Shown: positions 1 to 8,757, counted from the stretch's first letter. The stretch is DNA of 11,290 nucleotides from Leptolyngbyaceae cyanobacterium (GCA_050331235.1 JBHJHA010000089.1:1-11290); one strand, 5' to 3'. A program made the numbers and translations. Notes: generated by a model from the sequence alone, not told the origin.

Positions 1-4
1 GGGG

Positions 5-1630
5 GTGCTGTTGGCGGCGCTGCCCATAGCTCAAACTCCAGTGGTGCCAGAGCCCGTATTTAGCCCTTTGCCGTCAGAGTCAACCTCCGCTCCAGAGTCT
101 CTACCGCCCGGCGAGGTACCTGATGAGAATGATGACGGGGTGGCTCCTGCTCTTTTACCCACTCTTGATGCCGACAGGGCTCGGGTTTCGCTGACGTTGC
201 CAACGCTGCTGAATTTGGTGGTGGAAGGCAATCGAGATTTACGCGATCGCCAGCTCCAGCGGCTGATTGAGGCTCAACGGTTAGAAGAGGCCGAATCACT
301 ATTTGATCCCCGCTTGACGCCGGCTGTGGGCTTAGGACTGAGCCAAAGCTTTGATGAAGATGTGCGCATCGGGGCCAATCTGCCGGGTAGTATCGGCGGC
401 TCAGAGACTGAACTGGGCGATCGCACCACGCTGAGCCAGAGTGCTGGTGTTAGGGGGGAGGTGACGACCCGCTTGGGTACCGATATTGGCCTCACGTTGG
501 ATGCCCTAGGCGATACCCCGATTGGTTTGCAGCTAACCCAACCTCTACTGCGGGGAGCTGGTATTGCGATTAACGAAGCGCCTGTAGATATTGCCCGCCT
601 TCAGGAGTCGCAAAACTTTTTTGATTTACAGCAAACGTTAATCGAGACCGTGAGTACTACGGTGACTCAGTATACGAGCCTGATCCAAGCACAAGAGGCG
701 GTAACGATTCAGGCGCAGGCGCTGTTGCGGCGGGAGCGTCAGCTTGAGATCTCAACGGCTTTGGTAGAGGCTGGCCGAGAACCTGCCTTTGACTTGGCCG
801 ATGCGCGGCGCTCGGTGGCCAATGCTGAGCGTGATTTGTTGCTAGCTCAAACCCGTTTGGAGGCTGCCAATACTGGTTTATTAGATCAGGTGGGCACGGC
901 CCAGAATGTCCTGTTTATTGCTTCGCCAGAAACTATTACCGAGCTGTTTCAAGCGGCGGTCGCTCGGGTGGAACCCTATGATGTGGAAACGCTTGTGGCG
1001 ATCGCCCTGCAGCGGCGACCTGATTATTTACAAACGCTGCTCGATCAAGATATTGCCCAACTCAACCTCACCCTGGCTGAAGACGATTTGCGCTGGAGCC
1101 TCAATTTAGAAGGAGATGCCAATCTGGGCAACTTTTCTACCTCAACTTTAGGTATTGTGGCCCGCCGCACCTTTAATGAGCCTCAGCTTGCAACGGCGTT
1201 GGTGAGCCGCGAGGTGGAGATTGCCCAGCAGGCAAATCGTTTGCTCCAGCAACAAGTGGGCATCCGCAATGAAATTACCAATCAACTCAACACCGTACGG
1301 GCTAACTTGGTGCGGGTGGAGGCGGCTCGGCGAGCGACCGATAATGCTCGCCTGCAGTTAGAAGCTACCCGTGAACTGTTTGCGAGGGGGCGCACTGGCG
1401 GCACGCTGTTTCAAATCATCTCCCGAGAAGAAGATTTGGTTGAGGCGCAAAATCAACAGCTCCAGGCGGAAATTGAGTTTCTTAATAGTGTGGTCGCGCT
1501 CGATCGCGCCGTGGGATTCACTTTGGAAACCTGGAGTCAGGAGGTGAACTTCTTGCCGGTTTTGCTGACGCCAGATTCCGTAAATGATCTTTCTAATCCA
1601 GACCCAGATTTCGATGCTGGAATCGAGTAG
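5..1630 (+). CDS. TolC-family outer membrane efflux protein (outer membrane factor); probably 5'-truncated by the window edge
   Basis: 541-aa ORF with two OEP-like repeats of amphipathic helices and short beta segments. TolC-like motifs: 'LTLPTLLNLVVEGNRDL', 'LTQPLLRGAG', 'ALQRRPDY', 'RELFARGR', and C-terminal 'LNSVVALDRAVG'. The frame is open at the window start (GGG at 2-4) and the N-terminus looks like the tail of a signal peptide plus a Pro/acidic linker. Confidence 0.85.
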   Translation: MLLAALPIAQTPVVPEPVFSPLPSESTSAPESLPPGEVPDENDDGVAPALLPTLDADRARVSLTLPTLLNLVVEGNRDLRDRQLQRLIEAQRLEEAESLFDPRLTPAVGLGLSQSFDEDVRIGANLPGSIGGSETELGDRTTLSQSAGVRGEVTTRLGTDIGLTLDALGDTPIGLQLTQPLLRGAGIAINEAPVDIARLQESQNFFDLQQTLIETVSTTVTQYTSLIQAQEAVTIQAQALLRRERQLEISTALVEAGREPAFDLADARRSVANAERDLLLAQTRLEAANTGLLDQVGTAQNVLFIASPETITELFQAAVARVEPYDVETLVAIALQRRPDYLQTLLDQDIAQLNLTLAEDDLRWSLNLEGDANLGNFSTSTLGIVARRTFNEPQLATALVSREVEIAQQANRLLQQQVGIRNEITNQLNTVRANLVRVEAARRATDNARLQLEATRELFARGRTGGTLFQIISREEDLVEAQNQQLQAEIEFLNSVVALDRAVGFTLETWSQEVNFLPVLLTPDSVNDLSNPDPDFDAGIE

Positions 1631-1654
1631 ACGCCAGTTGGTAACCTTTCGCCA

Positions 1655-2899
1655 TTAACCAGTTGGGTGACTCGCGGCAGACCCCGCGACTTGCTTGCGC
1701 TGTAGTGCGAAGTCCAGCAGGTGAGCGGCGGCTCGATCGCATACCCCGGGTTCGCCCATGAGCGATCGCATCTCAGCATATCCCGCTTGTACCGCCGCTC
1801 GGGCCTGTTCATCCTGCAGAAGGGCAAGACTGGTTTGGGCAATCGCCTCGGGGGTCGCTTCCCATTGGATCAGCTCCGGCACGATAGGTTTATTCACAAA
1901 TAAATTGACGGGCGAGATGAACGGCAGCTGGATTTGCAGCAGATAGTAAGCAACCCTAGCCGTGATTGGGTTCAAGCGATAAATCACTACTTGGGGCACA
2001 TTCATTAACGCCACTTCCAAATTGACCGTGCCAGATTTATTCAATACTAAGTCTGCCGCGGCAATGGCGGTCGCGCTACCGGTATCGATTATCTGAGCCG
2101 GCAGTGACATCCGGGCGATCGCCTGCGCAATGCTTGACCGCAATTTTGGCATAGAGACTGGCAGCAAAAACTGTACTTCTGGGATAGTTGCTTGAATTTT
2201 TTGGGCAGCCTGCAGAATCAGAGGCAGAACATGGACTAGTTCCTGCTGGCGAGACGCAGGCAGTAGGGTGATGACGGTGGCGTTAGGTGAGATCTCCAAC
2301 TGTTGCCGAGCCTCAGTCCGGGATGCCGGCTGCTCAAATTGGTCAATTAGGGGGTGTCCGAAATAACTCACATCGGCTCCAAAGCGTCGGTAATACTCTG
2401 CTTCCTGGGGAAAGACGGCAACCATACGATCCGCCATGCGAACTAACCATTGAGTGTCGTTTTCGCTATAGGCCCAGACCCACTGCTGGGGGGCAATGTA
2501 GTAAGTCGTTGGCAGGTGGGGAAATGCCCTGACTAGAAATTTACCCAGGCTAAGGTTTGGCCCCATGTAGTCCAAAAAAATGATCAGATCAATGTCTACC
2601 TGCCGAAAAAACCGTCGAGCTTGCCGCTGAATGCGTAAATTGGGTAGCCAATAGGGGATGGCTTCTAAGATGCCCACTGCTCCAATGGGGGTGGTATCGC
2701 CGACTATCTGAGCGCCAGCGGTCGCCATGCGCTTGCCTCCAAGGCCGGAGATCTTGAGGGGAATTCCCCGTTGCTGTGCCTGCCGAAATAATGCTTGGGC
2801 TAGATAACTGCCTTGCAGATCTCCTGAGACCTCACCAGTACTGATAAAGAGGTGAAGGGACGGCGGTGAGTCGTCGCGATCGCTCATGGATAAACTCAT
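1655..2899 (-). CDS. lpxB: Lipid-A-disaccharide synthase
   Basis: LpxB motifs 'FISTGEVSGDLQG', 'GLGGKRM', 'YYIAPQQWVW', 'GHPL', 'LLPASRQQE', 'SGTVNLE', 'PELIQ'. Start moved from the ORF-track 3022 to the ATG at 2899, which overlaps the lpxA TGA (ATGA). An alternative ATG lies at 2887. Confidence 0.96.
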   Translation of the reverse strand: MSLSMSDRDDSPPSLHLFISTGEVSGDLQGSYLAQALFRQAQQRGIPLKISGLGGKRMATAGAQIVGDTTPIGAVGILEAIPYWLPNLRIQRQARRFFRQVDIDLIIFLDYMGPNLSLGKFLVRAFPHLPTTYYIAPQQWVWAYSENDTQWLVRMADRMVAVFPQEAEYYRRFGADVSYFGHPLIDQFEQPASRTEARQQLEISPNATVITLLPASRQQELVHVLPLILQAAQKIQATIPEVQFLLPVSMPKLRSSIAQAIARMSLPAQIIDTGSATAIAAADLVLNKSGTVNLEVALMNVPQVVIYRLNPITARVAYYLLQIQLPFISPVNLFVNKPIVPELIQWEATPEAIAQTSLALLQDEQARAAVQAGYAEMRSLMGEPGVCDRAAAHLLDFALQRKQVAGSAASHPTG

Positions 2900-3735
2900 G
2901 TACCGCTTTTGCCTGCCTTGTGGCGCAACGCACCCGCCATGGGACCACGGCGCCCTGCCCCATGGGTAGACTGTTGCAAAAAGCTTTGCAGATGATTGAC
3001 ATACTGGTTGCGGGCAGTCCACTCATCCAGCTTGACCAGGGCAGCGTCGAGTGCTGAGTCAGACCGATATAACATGCGGTAAGCCTCTTTGAGCTCGCGG
3101 TAATGGCGACCATCTTCTAGATCAGTAATGCCTGCTCGCCGCAATCCGATCGTGTTGAGCCCTCGCACCCGACAGGGATTTCCTTCAACCACCATGTAGG
3201 GGGGCACATCCCGATCAATGCGGCTCATACCACCTAACATGGCATATTGACCAATCCGCACAAACTGATGAATCCCTAGGACGCCGCCAATCACGGCATT
3301 GGACTCAATTTCGACATGTCCAGCGAGTGCGACTGCGTTGGCAATGATGACTTGATTTTCAATAATGCAGTTGTGGGCCACGTGCACATAGGCCATGAGC
3401 AAATTGTCATTGCCGATGAGCGTAGCTTCCCCCGCATGGGTGGCTCGGTTGACCGTGACATACTCCCGGATACGGTTGTTATCGCCAATCTTGACTAGGC
3501 TGATGGAGCCATCATATTTGAGGTCTTGGGGTTCGATCCCAATAACTGCCCCCGGAAAAATTTGGTTATTTGCGCCAATTTCGGTATGCCCATCGATGAC
3601 AACATGGGCCCCGATGTCTGTTTCGGGGCCGACCGTTACCTTTTCGCCAATGACGGCATAAGGTCCGACTTTCACCGTGGGATGAAGGGTTGCCCCCGGA
3701 TGGATCACCGCTGTTGGATGGATAAGCCTAGACAA
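2896..3735 (-). CDS. lpxA: Acyl-ACP--UDP-N-acetylglucosamine O-acyltransferase
   Basis: Hexapeptide left-handed beta-helix repeats, plus 'IHPTAVIHPGA', 'PQDLKY', 'IREYVTVNRAT', 'HVAHNC', 'HQFVRIG', 'DVPPY', 'GLNTIGLRR'. Start taken as TTG at 3735, 7 nt after a GGAGG Shine-Dalgarno. The upstream in-frame ATG at 3780 is the alternative. Confidence 0.96.
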   Translation of the reverse strand: MSRLIHPTAVIHPGATLHPTVKVGPYAVIGEKVTVGPETDIGAHVVIDGHTEIGANNQIFPGAVIGIEPQDLKYDGSISLVKIGDNNRIREYVTVNRATHAGEATLIGNDNLLMAYVHVAHNCIIENQVIIANAVALAGHVEIESNAVIGGVLGIHQFVRIGQYAMLGGMSRIDRDVPPYMVVEGNPCRVRGLNTIGLRRAGITDLEDGRHYRELKEAYRMLYRSDSALDAALVKLDEWTARNQYVNHLQSFLQQSTHGAGRRGPMAGALRHKAGKSGT

Positions 3736-3742
3736 AGATATG

Positions 3743-3747
3743 CCTCC
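3743..3747 (-). promoter_or_regulatory. Shine-Dalgarno (GGAGG) for the lpxA TTG start
   Basis: Minus strand reads GGAGG-catatct-TTG TCT AGG CTT ATC CAT CCA (7-nt spacer). Confidence 0.65.
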
Positions 3748-3804
3748 GGAACCCCGAGTATCAGTAAGACGCACAGACATTATGCAAAGAATTTGAGAAT
3801 TAGT

Positions 3805-4308
3805 TTAATCGACAACGGAGAACATCAGGTCTCCTTCGCAGACCAGCTGACCATCGACTTCTGCCCGCGCCTGCATTTTGCCAAATCGCTGTCGCTTCAC
3901 CGTCAGCAGTGTGACAGTCATTACCAGCTGGTCACCTGGAACCACCGGTCGACGAAACCGCACTTTATCAATGCCAGCAAACATGCAAAGCCCATCGATG
4001 CCGGGTAGCTGAGTCAAGACCACTCCGCCCACCTGTGCCATCGCTTCAACAATCAAGACGCCGGGCATGATTGGCCGACCCGGAAAATGTCCTTGAAACT
4101 GAGGCTCGTTAAAAGTGACATTTTTAATGCCGACTGCGCGATCGCCAGGAACATAGTCGATGATGCGATCAACTAACGCGAACGGATAGCGATGGGGCAG
4201 CAGCTGCTGAATTTCTTCATGGGTAAAAGTTGTTTTGGTGGGGGCAGAGTCATCCATCGGTGCCGCAGACGCGCTGGATTGTGAGTTGGTGCTTACCACT
4301 GTTGTCAT
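3805..4308 (-). CDS. fabZ: 3-hydroxyacyl-ACP dehydratase
   Basis: '[14 protein letters not shown]', '[31 protein letters not shown]', '[11 protein letters not shown]'. ATG at 4308 is preceded by AAGGA, so it is preferred over the GTG at 4320. Confidence 0.97.
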   Translation of the reverse strand: MTTVVSTNSQSSASAAPMDDSAPTKTTFTHEEIQQLLPHRYPFALVDRIIDYVPGDRAVGIKNVTFNEPQFQGHFPGRPIMPGVLIVEAMAQVGGVVLTQLPGIDGLCMFAGIDKVRFRRPVVPGDQLVMTVTLLTVKRQRFGKMQARAEVDGQLVCEGDLMFSVVD

Positions 4309-4389
4309 CGTTTCCTTCACAATGGGCCGAATTAGCCGATTGGCCTTCTTTCGTTAAATCTCTGTTAATTCTCCCATTTGAGGTGCATC

Positions 4390-5277
4390 CTAGCTAGGTG
4401 ATGTTTGGGTCAATATCGCTTTGGCGAGCTCAACGTGAAGCTGATGGCTGGCTTTGTAGGCTACGACATGAGCGATCGGCAGCGTTCCCAACAGACTCAA
4501 ATCGCCGATTAAATCCAGCAGTTTGTGGCGTGCGGGTTCATTGTCAAAACGCAGGGGCGGATTAATCCAGCCGTCGCGATCGCAGACAAGGGCATTCTCC
4601 AAGCTGCCCCCTTTGATCAGTCCTTGCGATCGCAGATATTCAATTTGATGGGCTAAGCCAAAGGTCCGGGCCGGGGCGATATCGGTTTCAAACCTGTGAA
4701 TGCCGGGAGCCCAACTGTGCCACTGATTACCAATGGCCGGCAAGTCAAAGTCAATACCGTAGGTCAAGCGCGTTTCGGGTGCGTGCAGCGCTGCGACAAA
4801 AGCGTCCTGCTCCCTGACCCAGATTGGTTCGTCAATCGTGCGATGAATCCGACTGCCAGATTGCAATACTCGTCCAGCGCTCTGAATCGCTTCAGCCCAA
4901 AGCCGAGCCGAGCCATCCAGCAGGGGCATCTCTGGTCCATCAACTTCTATGTAGGCATTGTCAATACCCAGCGAAACTAGTGCAGACAGCAGGTGCTCCA
5001 CCGTGCGCACTGTGGCATCGCCATTGGCCAGCTCGGTTGAAAGCAACGTTTGCTTCACCGCAGCAACGGTTGCCAGAATAGCCGGACGACCAGGCAGATC
5101 CGTCCGATAAAAGATGCGACCAGTATTAGGTGGGGCCGGCAGTATTTGCACATTGGTGGTTGCCCCAGAATGCAAACCGACCCCTGTTTGAGTGACAGGT
5201 ATTTTTAAGGTGCTTTGCTGATTGGCTTCAAGGTGGCCTTGAGTGCCGGTAGTTTCAGACAGAGAAGACTGCGCCAT
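4390..5277 (-). CDS. lpxC: UDP-3-O-acyl-N-acetylglucosamine deacetylase
   Basis: 'GVGLHSG', 'TVEHLLSAL', 'EMPLLDGSA', 'IAPARTFG', 'GGSLENA', Zn-binding '[10 protein letters not shown]', 'ASHQLH'. Starts 3 nt after the omp85 stop. Confidence 0.97.
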   Translation of the reverse strand: MAQSSLSETTGTQGHLEANQQSTLKIPVTQTGVGLHSGATTNVQILPAPPNTGRIFYRTDLPGRPAILATVAAVKQTLLSTELANGDATVRTVEHLLSALVSLGIDNAYIEVDGPEMPLLDGSARLWAEAIQSAGRVLQSGSRIHRTIDEPIWVREQDAFVAALHAPETRLTYGIDFDLPAIGNQWHSWAPGIHRFETDIAPARTFGLAHQIEYLRSQGLIKGGSLENALVCDRDGWINPPLRFDNEPARHKLLDLIGDLSLLGTLPIAHVVAYKASHQLHVELAKAILTQTSPS

Positions 5278-5280
5278 AGC

Positions 5281-7623
5281 CTAAAAACGCTCGCCAATAC
5301 CAAAGTGTAGTCGGCCATCGCCTTCATCGTTAATCCCGTAGTCGACTCGAATCGGTCCTAGAGGAGTTTGGACTCGGACTCCAGCCCCAAAGCCATAGCC
5401 ACTCCCTGGCTTGCCGCGATCAGGACCCGGCGAGCCGGGAACACTATCGCCGGTACCAACGTCAGTCCCAGCGTCTAGGAACAGCGCCCCTCCGAGGAAG
5501 GAAAAGAGGGGAAAGCGATACTCAACAGATGCCTGCAGATAGCTTTGCCCCGTACCGAGTTCACCTTCGTCATAGCCACGGACGGAGTTGGTTCCCCCAA
5601 TGGCAAAGGCTTCATATGGTGGAAAATCACCGAGAATGCTGCCGCCCTGAACATTAATTGCCAATGCTTGGGGGCCTTCACTGAAATTGAATAAGGAAAC
5701 CGGGATGTAATAGCTATAACTGGCTCGAACCCGGTTAAAGAAAATACTGCCGTTCCCCAAAGGAATCGACTGCTCAGTGCCTAGTCGGATGACTGAACCA
5801 CTGGTGGGCGAGAAGGGATCATTCCGGGAATCTTGAACCAAGCCAAACTGGACGGTCCACAGGTCATCCGAGCCGCTATCGCTGGCAGTCAAAGGATTGC
5901 CGGCTGCGTCTTCAGTAACGGTACTGCCATCTGCGTCGGTGGTTCGTACGCGCTGATACAGGGTACCCAAGGAAGCATCCCAGGTACTGCCCAGAATGTT
6001 GACATCGGGTCGGCGGAAAGTGACACCGCCGCCAAATCGGTTGACGCGAACGCGATCGCCGTTGGGCAGGTCAATCTCGTTGGGGCCGCCGTCAAACACA
6101 AGGGAAATCGAGCGCCGACCAAACCCGTTTAAGGTATAAGAGGTCATGTATGGATCGCCGCCAATCCAAGGATCTGTGAAGCTGACGTCAAACAAAATGT
6201 CGCGGAAGCTGAGCTGCGCCTCTGCGGCAAACTTTTGGTTGTTGCCGCCAAAGTTATCTTGACGATAGCTGAGGGTTCCGAATAAGTCGCCGGTGAAGTT
6301 AAAGCCCACACCCGCAGCTACAGAACCCGTGTTGCGCTCAATAACATTGACTGTTACGTCCACCTTTCGCGGGTCTTTGTCGCCAGGGTTGAGCGTCAAG
6401 TTGACATCATCGAAAATGCCTAGCCCAAACACCTGTTGCAAATCAGACTGAATCTGGGCCTGCTGAAACACGTCGCCGGGTTCAGTTTCAAATTCTCGCA
6501 GGACAATGTAATCCTGGGTTTTGCCATCGATTGGGTTGCCCTCTTCGTCTTCGGTTAGTCCTTCCTCCGTCATAAATTGGACATTAATGTCTTCAATTAC
6601 ACCTTCTGCGACCTGCAATGTGACAACACCGTCTTCCCCAACAGAGGGAGCGGCAATCACCTGCGCTAGCACATAGCCATTGTCTTGGTACCAGTTATTG
6701 AGTTCTAAAATGCCATCCTGAAAATCGAGCAAATTGATAATCTCTCCATATTGAGGAGAGAAAATATCATTTACTACTTCATCCGGTAGGACATCACTTC
6801 CCTCGATTTTGACCTGAGTCAACACAGGGTTGGGATCAACCACAAAGGTGACCCGGACCCCGAGGGGCGTATCCGTAGGAACGGCACGTACATTGGCAAA
6901 GAATCCTGTGGCAAAGACGTTATTGATGTCTTCTTGAATTTGCGATCGCGTAGTGGTTTGACCTGGCCGAGTGTCGATGGCTCCGTAAACCTCATTTTCC
7001 AACTCAGGATCAATATTGTTGCCTTCGGGATCGGCAACGGCTACCTCTGCGACTAATACCTGAGTTTCACCGTTCTCTTCGGTTGTGGTTTCCGGAGCCG
7101 CTTCGGGGGTATCCGCACCGGCGTCTTCTGACTCAATATCCTCTGCCGCTTCGGGGGGTTCGTCGACTTCGTTCGTCACCGCCTCATCGTCGTCGACCGG
7201 ATCGACTGAGTCCGGATCCATATCGACCTGAGTCCTTTCCTCAGTGGTTTCATTAGGCTCATCGGGTTGCTGACTCAACTGACTGACCCCAGCAAACGGT
7301 TTCTGCTCAGTGAGGCCAATACCGGGCATAGGAACCCGTTCTAGGTTAGTAGATGCCTCTGTTGCCTGATTTGGCTCAGCGTCATCTGAGAGAGATGACT
7401 CATCAAAGTACTGCAGCGTCGACAGCCCCCTATCACGCTGCACCGATTCAGTCGCCAAAGTCCGAGTAGAGGTCTCAGCTGTGTCTAAGATCTCAGCCAC
7501 GCTAACAGTGGATATATTGGCCTCTTTAGAAGGCGATGCCAACGTCTCACCGCGCGCCTGGGAGGCAAGTCCCAAAGTGGCTGAGAGAGTTAGGAGGGCT
7601 ACGAGGCTAGGGGTTTGACGCAT
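5281..7623 (-). CDS. bamA: Omp85/BamA (Toc75-related) outer membrane protein assembly factor
   Basis: Signal peptide, long acidic linker and POTRA-like segments ('VLVAEV...TRPGQTTTRSQIQEDINNVFATGFF', 'WYQDNGYVLAQV', 'VFGLGIFDDV'). Barrel carries the loop-6 'SVRGY' motif and ends in 'PLGPIRVDYG...HFGIGERF'. Sits directly upstream of lpxC-fabZ-lpxA-lpxB. Confidence 0.95.
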   Translation of the reverse strand: MRQTPSLVALLTLSATLGLASQARGETLASPSKEANISTVSVAEILDTAETSTRTLATESVQRDRGLSTLQYFDESSLSDDAEPNQATEASTNLERVPMPGIGLTEQKPFAGVSQLSQQPDEPNETTEERTQVDMDPDSVDPVDDDEAVTNEVDEPPEAAEDIESEDAGADTPEAAPETTTEENGETQVLVAEVAVADPEGNNIDPELENEVYGAIDTRPGQTTTRSQIQEDINNVFATGFFANVRAVPTDTPLGVRVTFVVDPNPVLTQVKIEGSDVLPDEVVNDIFSPQYGEIINLLDFQDGILELNNWYQDNGYVLAQVIAAPSVGEDGVVTLQVAEGVIEDINVQFMTEEGLTEDEEGNPIDGKTQDYIVLREFETEPGDVFQQAQIQSDLQQVFGLGIFDDVNLTLNPGDKDPRKVDVTVNVIERNTGSVAAGVGFNFTGDLFGTLSYRQDNFGGNNQKFAAEAQLSFRDILFDVSFTDPWIGGDPYMTSYTLNGFGRRSISLVFDGGPNEIDLPNGDRVRVNRFGGGVTFRRPDVNILGSTWDASLGTLYQRVRTTDADGSTVTEDAAGNPLTASDSGSDDLWTVQFGLVQDSRNDPFSPTSGSVIRLGTEQSIPLGNGSIFFNRVRASYSYYIPVSLFNFSEGPQALAINVQGGSILGDFPPYEAFAIGGTNSVRGYDEGELGTGQSYLQASVEYRFPLFSFLGGALFLDAGTDVGTGDSVPGSPGPDRGKPGSGYGFGAGVRVQTPLGPIRVDYGINDEGDGRLHFGIGERF

Positions 7624-7745
7624 GCTTGCAACAGCTTTTGTAAAAGAACATGGATAGAGGTAAAGAGCTCCGAAACGCTTGCTGTTTCGTCTACGTTTGG
7701 ATGACCTTGGCCATAAACGGGAAGATTTTACCGCATTGGGTGGAC

Positions 7746-8480
7746 TTACTTTGGGTTGACCTGGGCCAGAATTCTTCGCAATACCTCTTGATAGGCTTCA
7801 GCAACTTTTCCGAGGTCTTGGCGAAATCGGTCTTTGTCCATGACGCGATCGACCTCATGGGTGTTGGCTTGATCCCATAGACGGCAGGTATCTGGACTGA
7901 TTTCATCGGCTAATAAGATCTGTCCAGCCAAATTTTGACCAAACTCCAACTTAAAGTCGACCAACGTGATTTGGCATGTTTGAAAGAAATTTTGTAGAGC
8001 AGCATTGATTTCCTTTGCAAGACGGATGAGTTCTGCAACTTGTGCCTTGTCAGCAATGTCCATCACGCGAATCCGTTCATGGGTTAGTAAAGGATCACCC
8101 AATTCGTCATTCTTGTAGTAAAACTCCACCAGTGGTGGGACTAACGGGGTGCCCAATGCCAACCCGGTTTGCTTGCAAAGGCTACCGGCTGCAAAATTCC
8201 TGACAACTACTTCCAGCGGTATAATCTGAACGGACTGGACGCGCATCTCGCGATCTCTAGGCGTATCAATCCAGTGGGTTTTGATGCCCTTAGACTCCAA
8301 TAACCGAAAAAGATATGTCGCAATCGTGCAGTTGATCACCCCTTTGTTTGCGATCTCCCCTTTCTTCTGAGCATTGAAGGCCGTAGCGTCATCTTTGAAA
8401 TAGCTCACCAAGATTCCGGGATCGTCTGTTCGGTACAGGATCTTGGCCTTTCCTTCGTACAGCTTCTGCGTCTCATCCAT
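7746..8480 (-). CDS. purC: Phosphoribosylaminoimidazolesuccinocarboxamide (SAICAR) synthase
   Basis: 'LYEGKAKILY', 'FKDDATAFNA', 'IPLEVVVRN', 'LVDFKLEFG', 'LADEISPDTCRLWD', 'DKDRFR'. Confidence 0.98.
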   Translation of the reverse strand: MDETQKLYEGKAKILYRTDDPGILVSYFKDDATAFNAQKKGEIANKGVINCTIATYLFRLLESKGIKTHWIDTPRDREMRVQSVQIIPLEVVVRNFAAGSLCKQTGLALGTPLVPPLVEFYYKNDELGDPLLTHERIRVMDIADKAQVAELIRLAKEINAALQNFFQTCQITLVDFKLEFGQNLAGQILLADEISPDTCRLWDQANTHEVDRVMDKDRFRQDLGKVAEAYQEVLRRILAQVNPK

Positions 8481-8757
8481 GCGATCGCCCCCAGTCAGAC
8501 AATTTCATCATCTTACTGTTAGAGGGTAGTGTCGGATAGCTCGCCACTGTGGAATAGCCAGCCTCGTCATCACGCGAGTTATGTTTGAAGCATCAAGCAT
8601 AGCCAGTATGGCTCGCTCCCCACAGTGTCTACGAGAGTCTGCCAGACTTTTGGGACTTGCGCCTTTAACAAGCCGCCACCGCCCTGCATAAATCACCTGG
8701 GCAGTTCATCCAGTGCTACAAGTTTTTTTGATGAAGAAGCGCGGAGATGAATTTTCC

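Larger units (their letters stand above)
243..8488. repeat. HIP1 octamer GCGATCGC, 12 dispersed copies
   Basis: Manual scan found perfect copies starting at 243, 417, 998, 1762, 2115, 2876, 4138, 4576, 4626, 6052, 6942 and 8481. Confidence 0.9.

Noticed and set aside
1631..1666. Possible bidirectional terminator between tolC and lpxB (CCAGTTGG repeated)
   Set aside because: Only an 8-bp direct repeat and weak imperfect pairing; no stable stem or U-tract.
2900..3022. 41-aa N-terminal extension of LpxB in the ORF track
   Set aside because: Overlaps the lpxA 3' end in another frame and has no LpxB similarity. The ATGA-coupled start at 2899 is more plausible.
3526..4008. 160-aa + strand ORF
   Set aside because: Antisense to lpxA/fabZ with no recognisable motif; a shadow ORF.
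4326..4345. GGCC...GGCC hairpin between lpxC and fabZ
   Set aside because: Short and imperfect stem; not distinguishable from chance.
31..7906. Other short ORFs (60-101 aa) overlapping tolC, the lpx genes, bamA and purC
   Set aside because: All overlap well-supported genes on the opposite strand or in another frame and have no recognisable domains.
8545..8627. tRNA gene or pseudo-tRNA
   Set aside because: Cloverleaf-like pairing, but no TTCRA T-loop or D-loop GG signature and the wrong arm sizes. Kept only as a speculative structured RNA.
8508..8696. 62-aa minus-strand ORF downstream of the nuclease as a possible immunity protein or purC leader peptide
   Set aside because: GTG start, Arg/Ala-rich composition atypical of the real genes, and no resemblance to the larger, acidic NuiA. 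It cannot be fully excluded without Ribo-seq.
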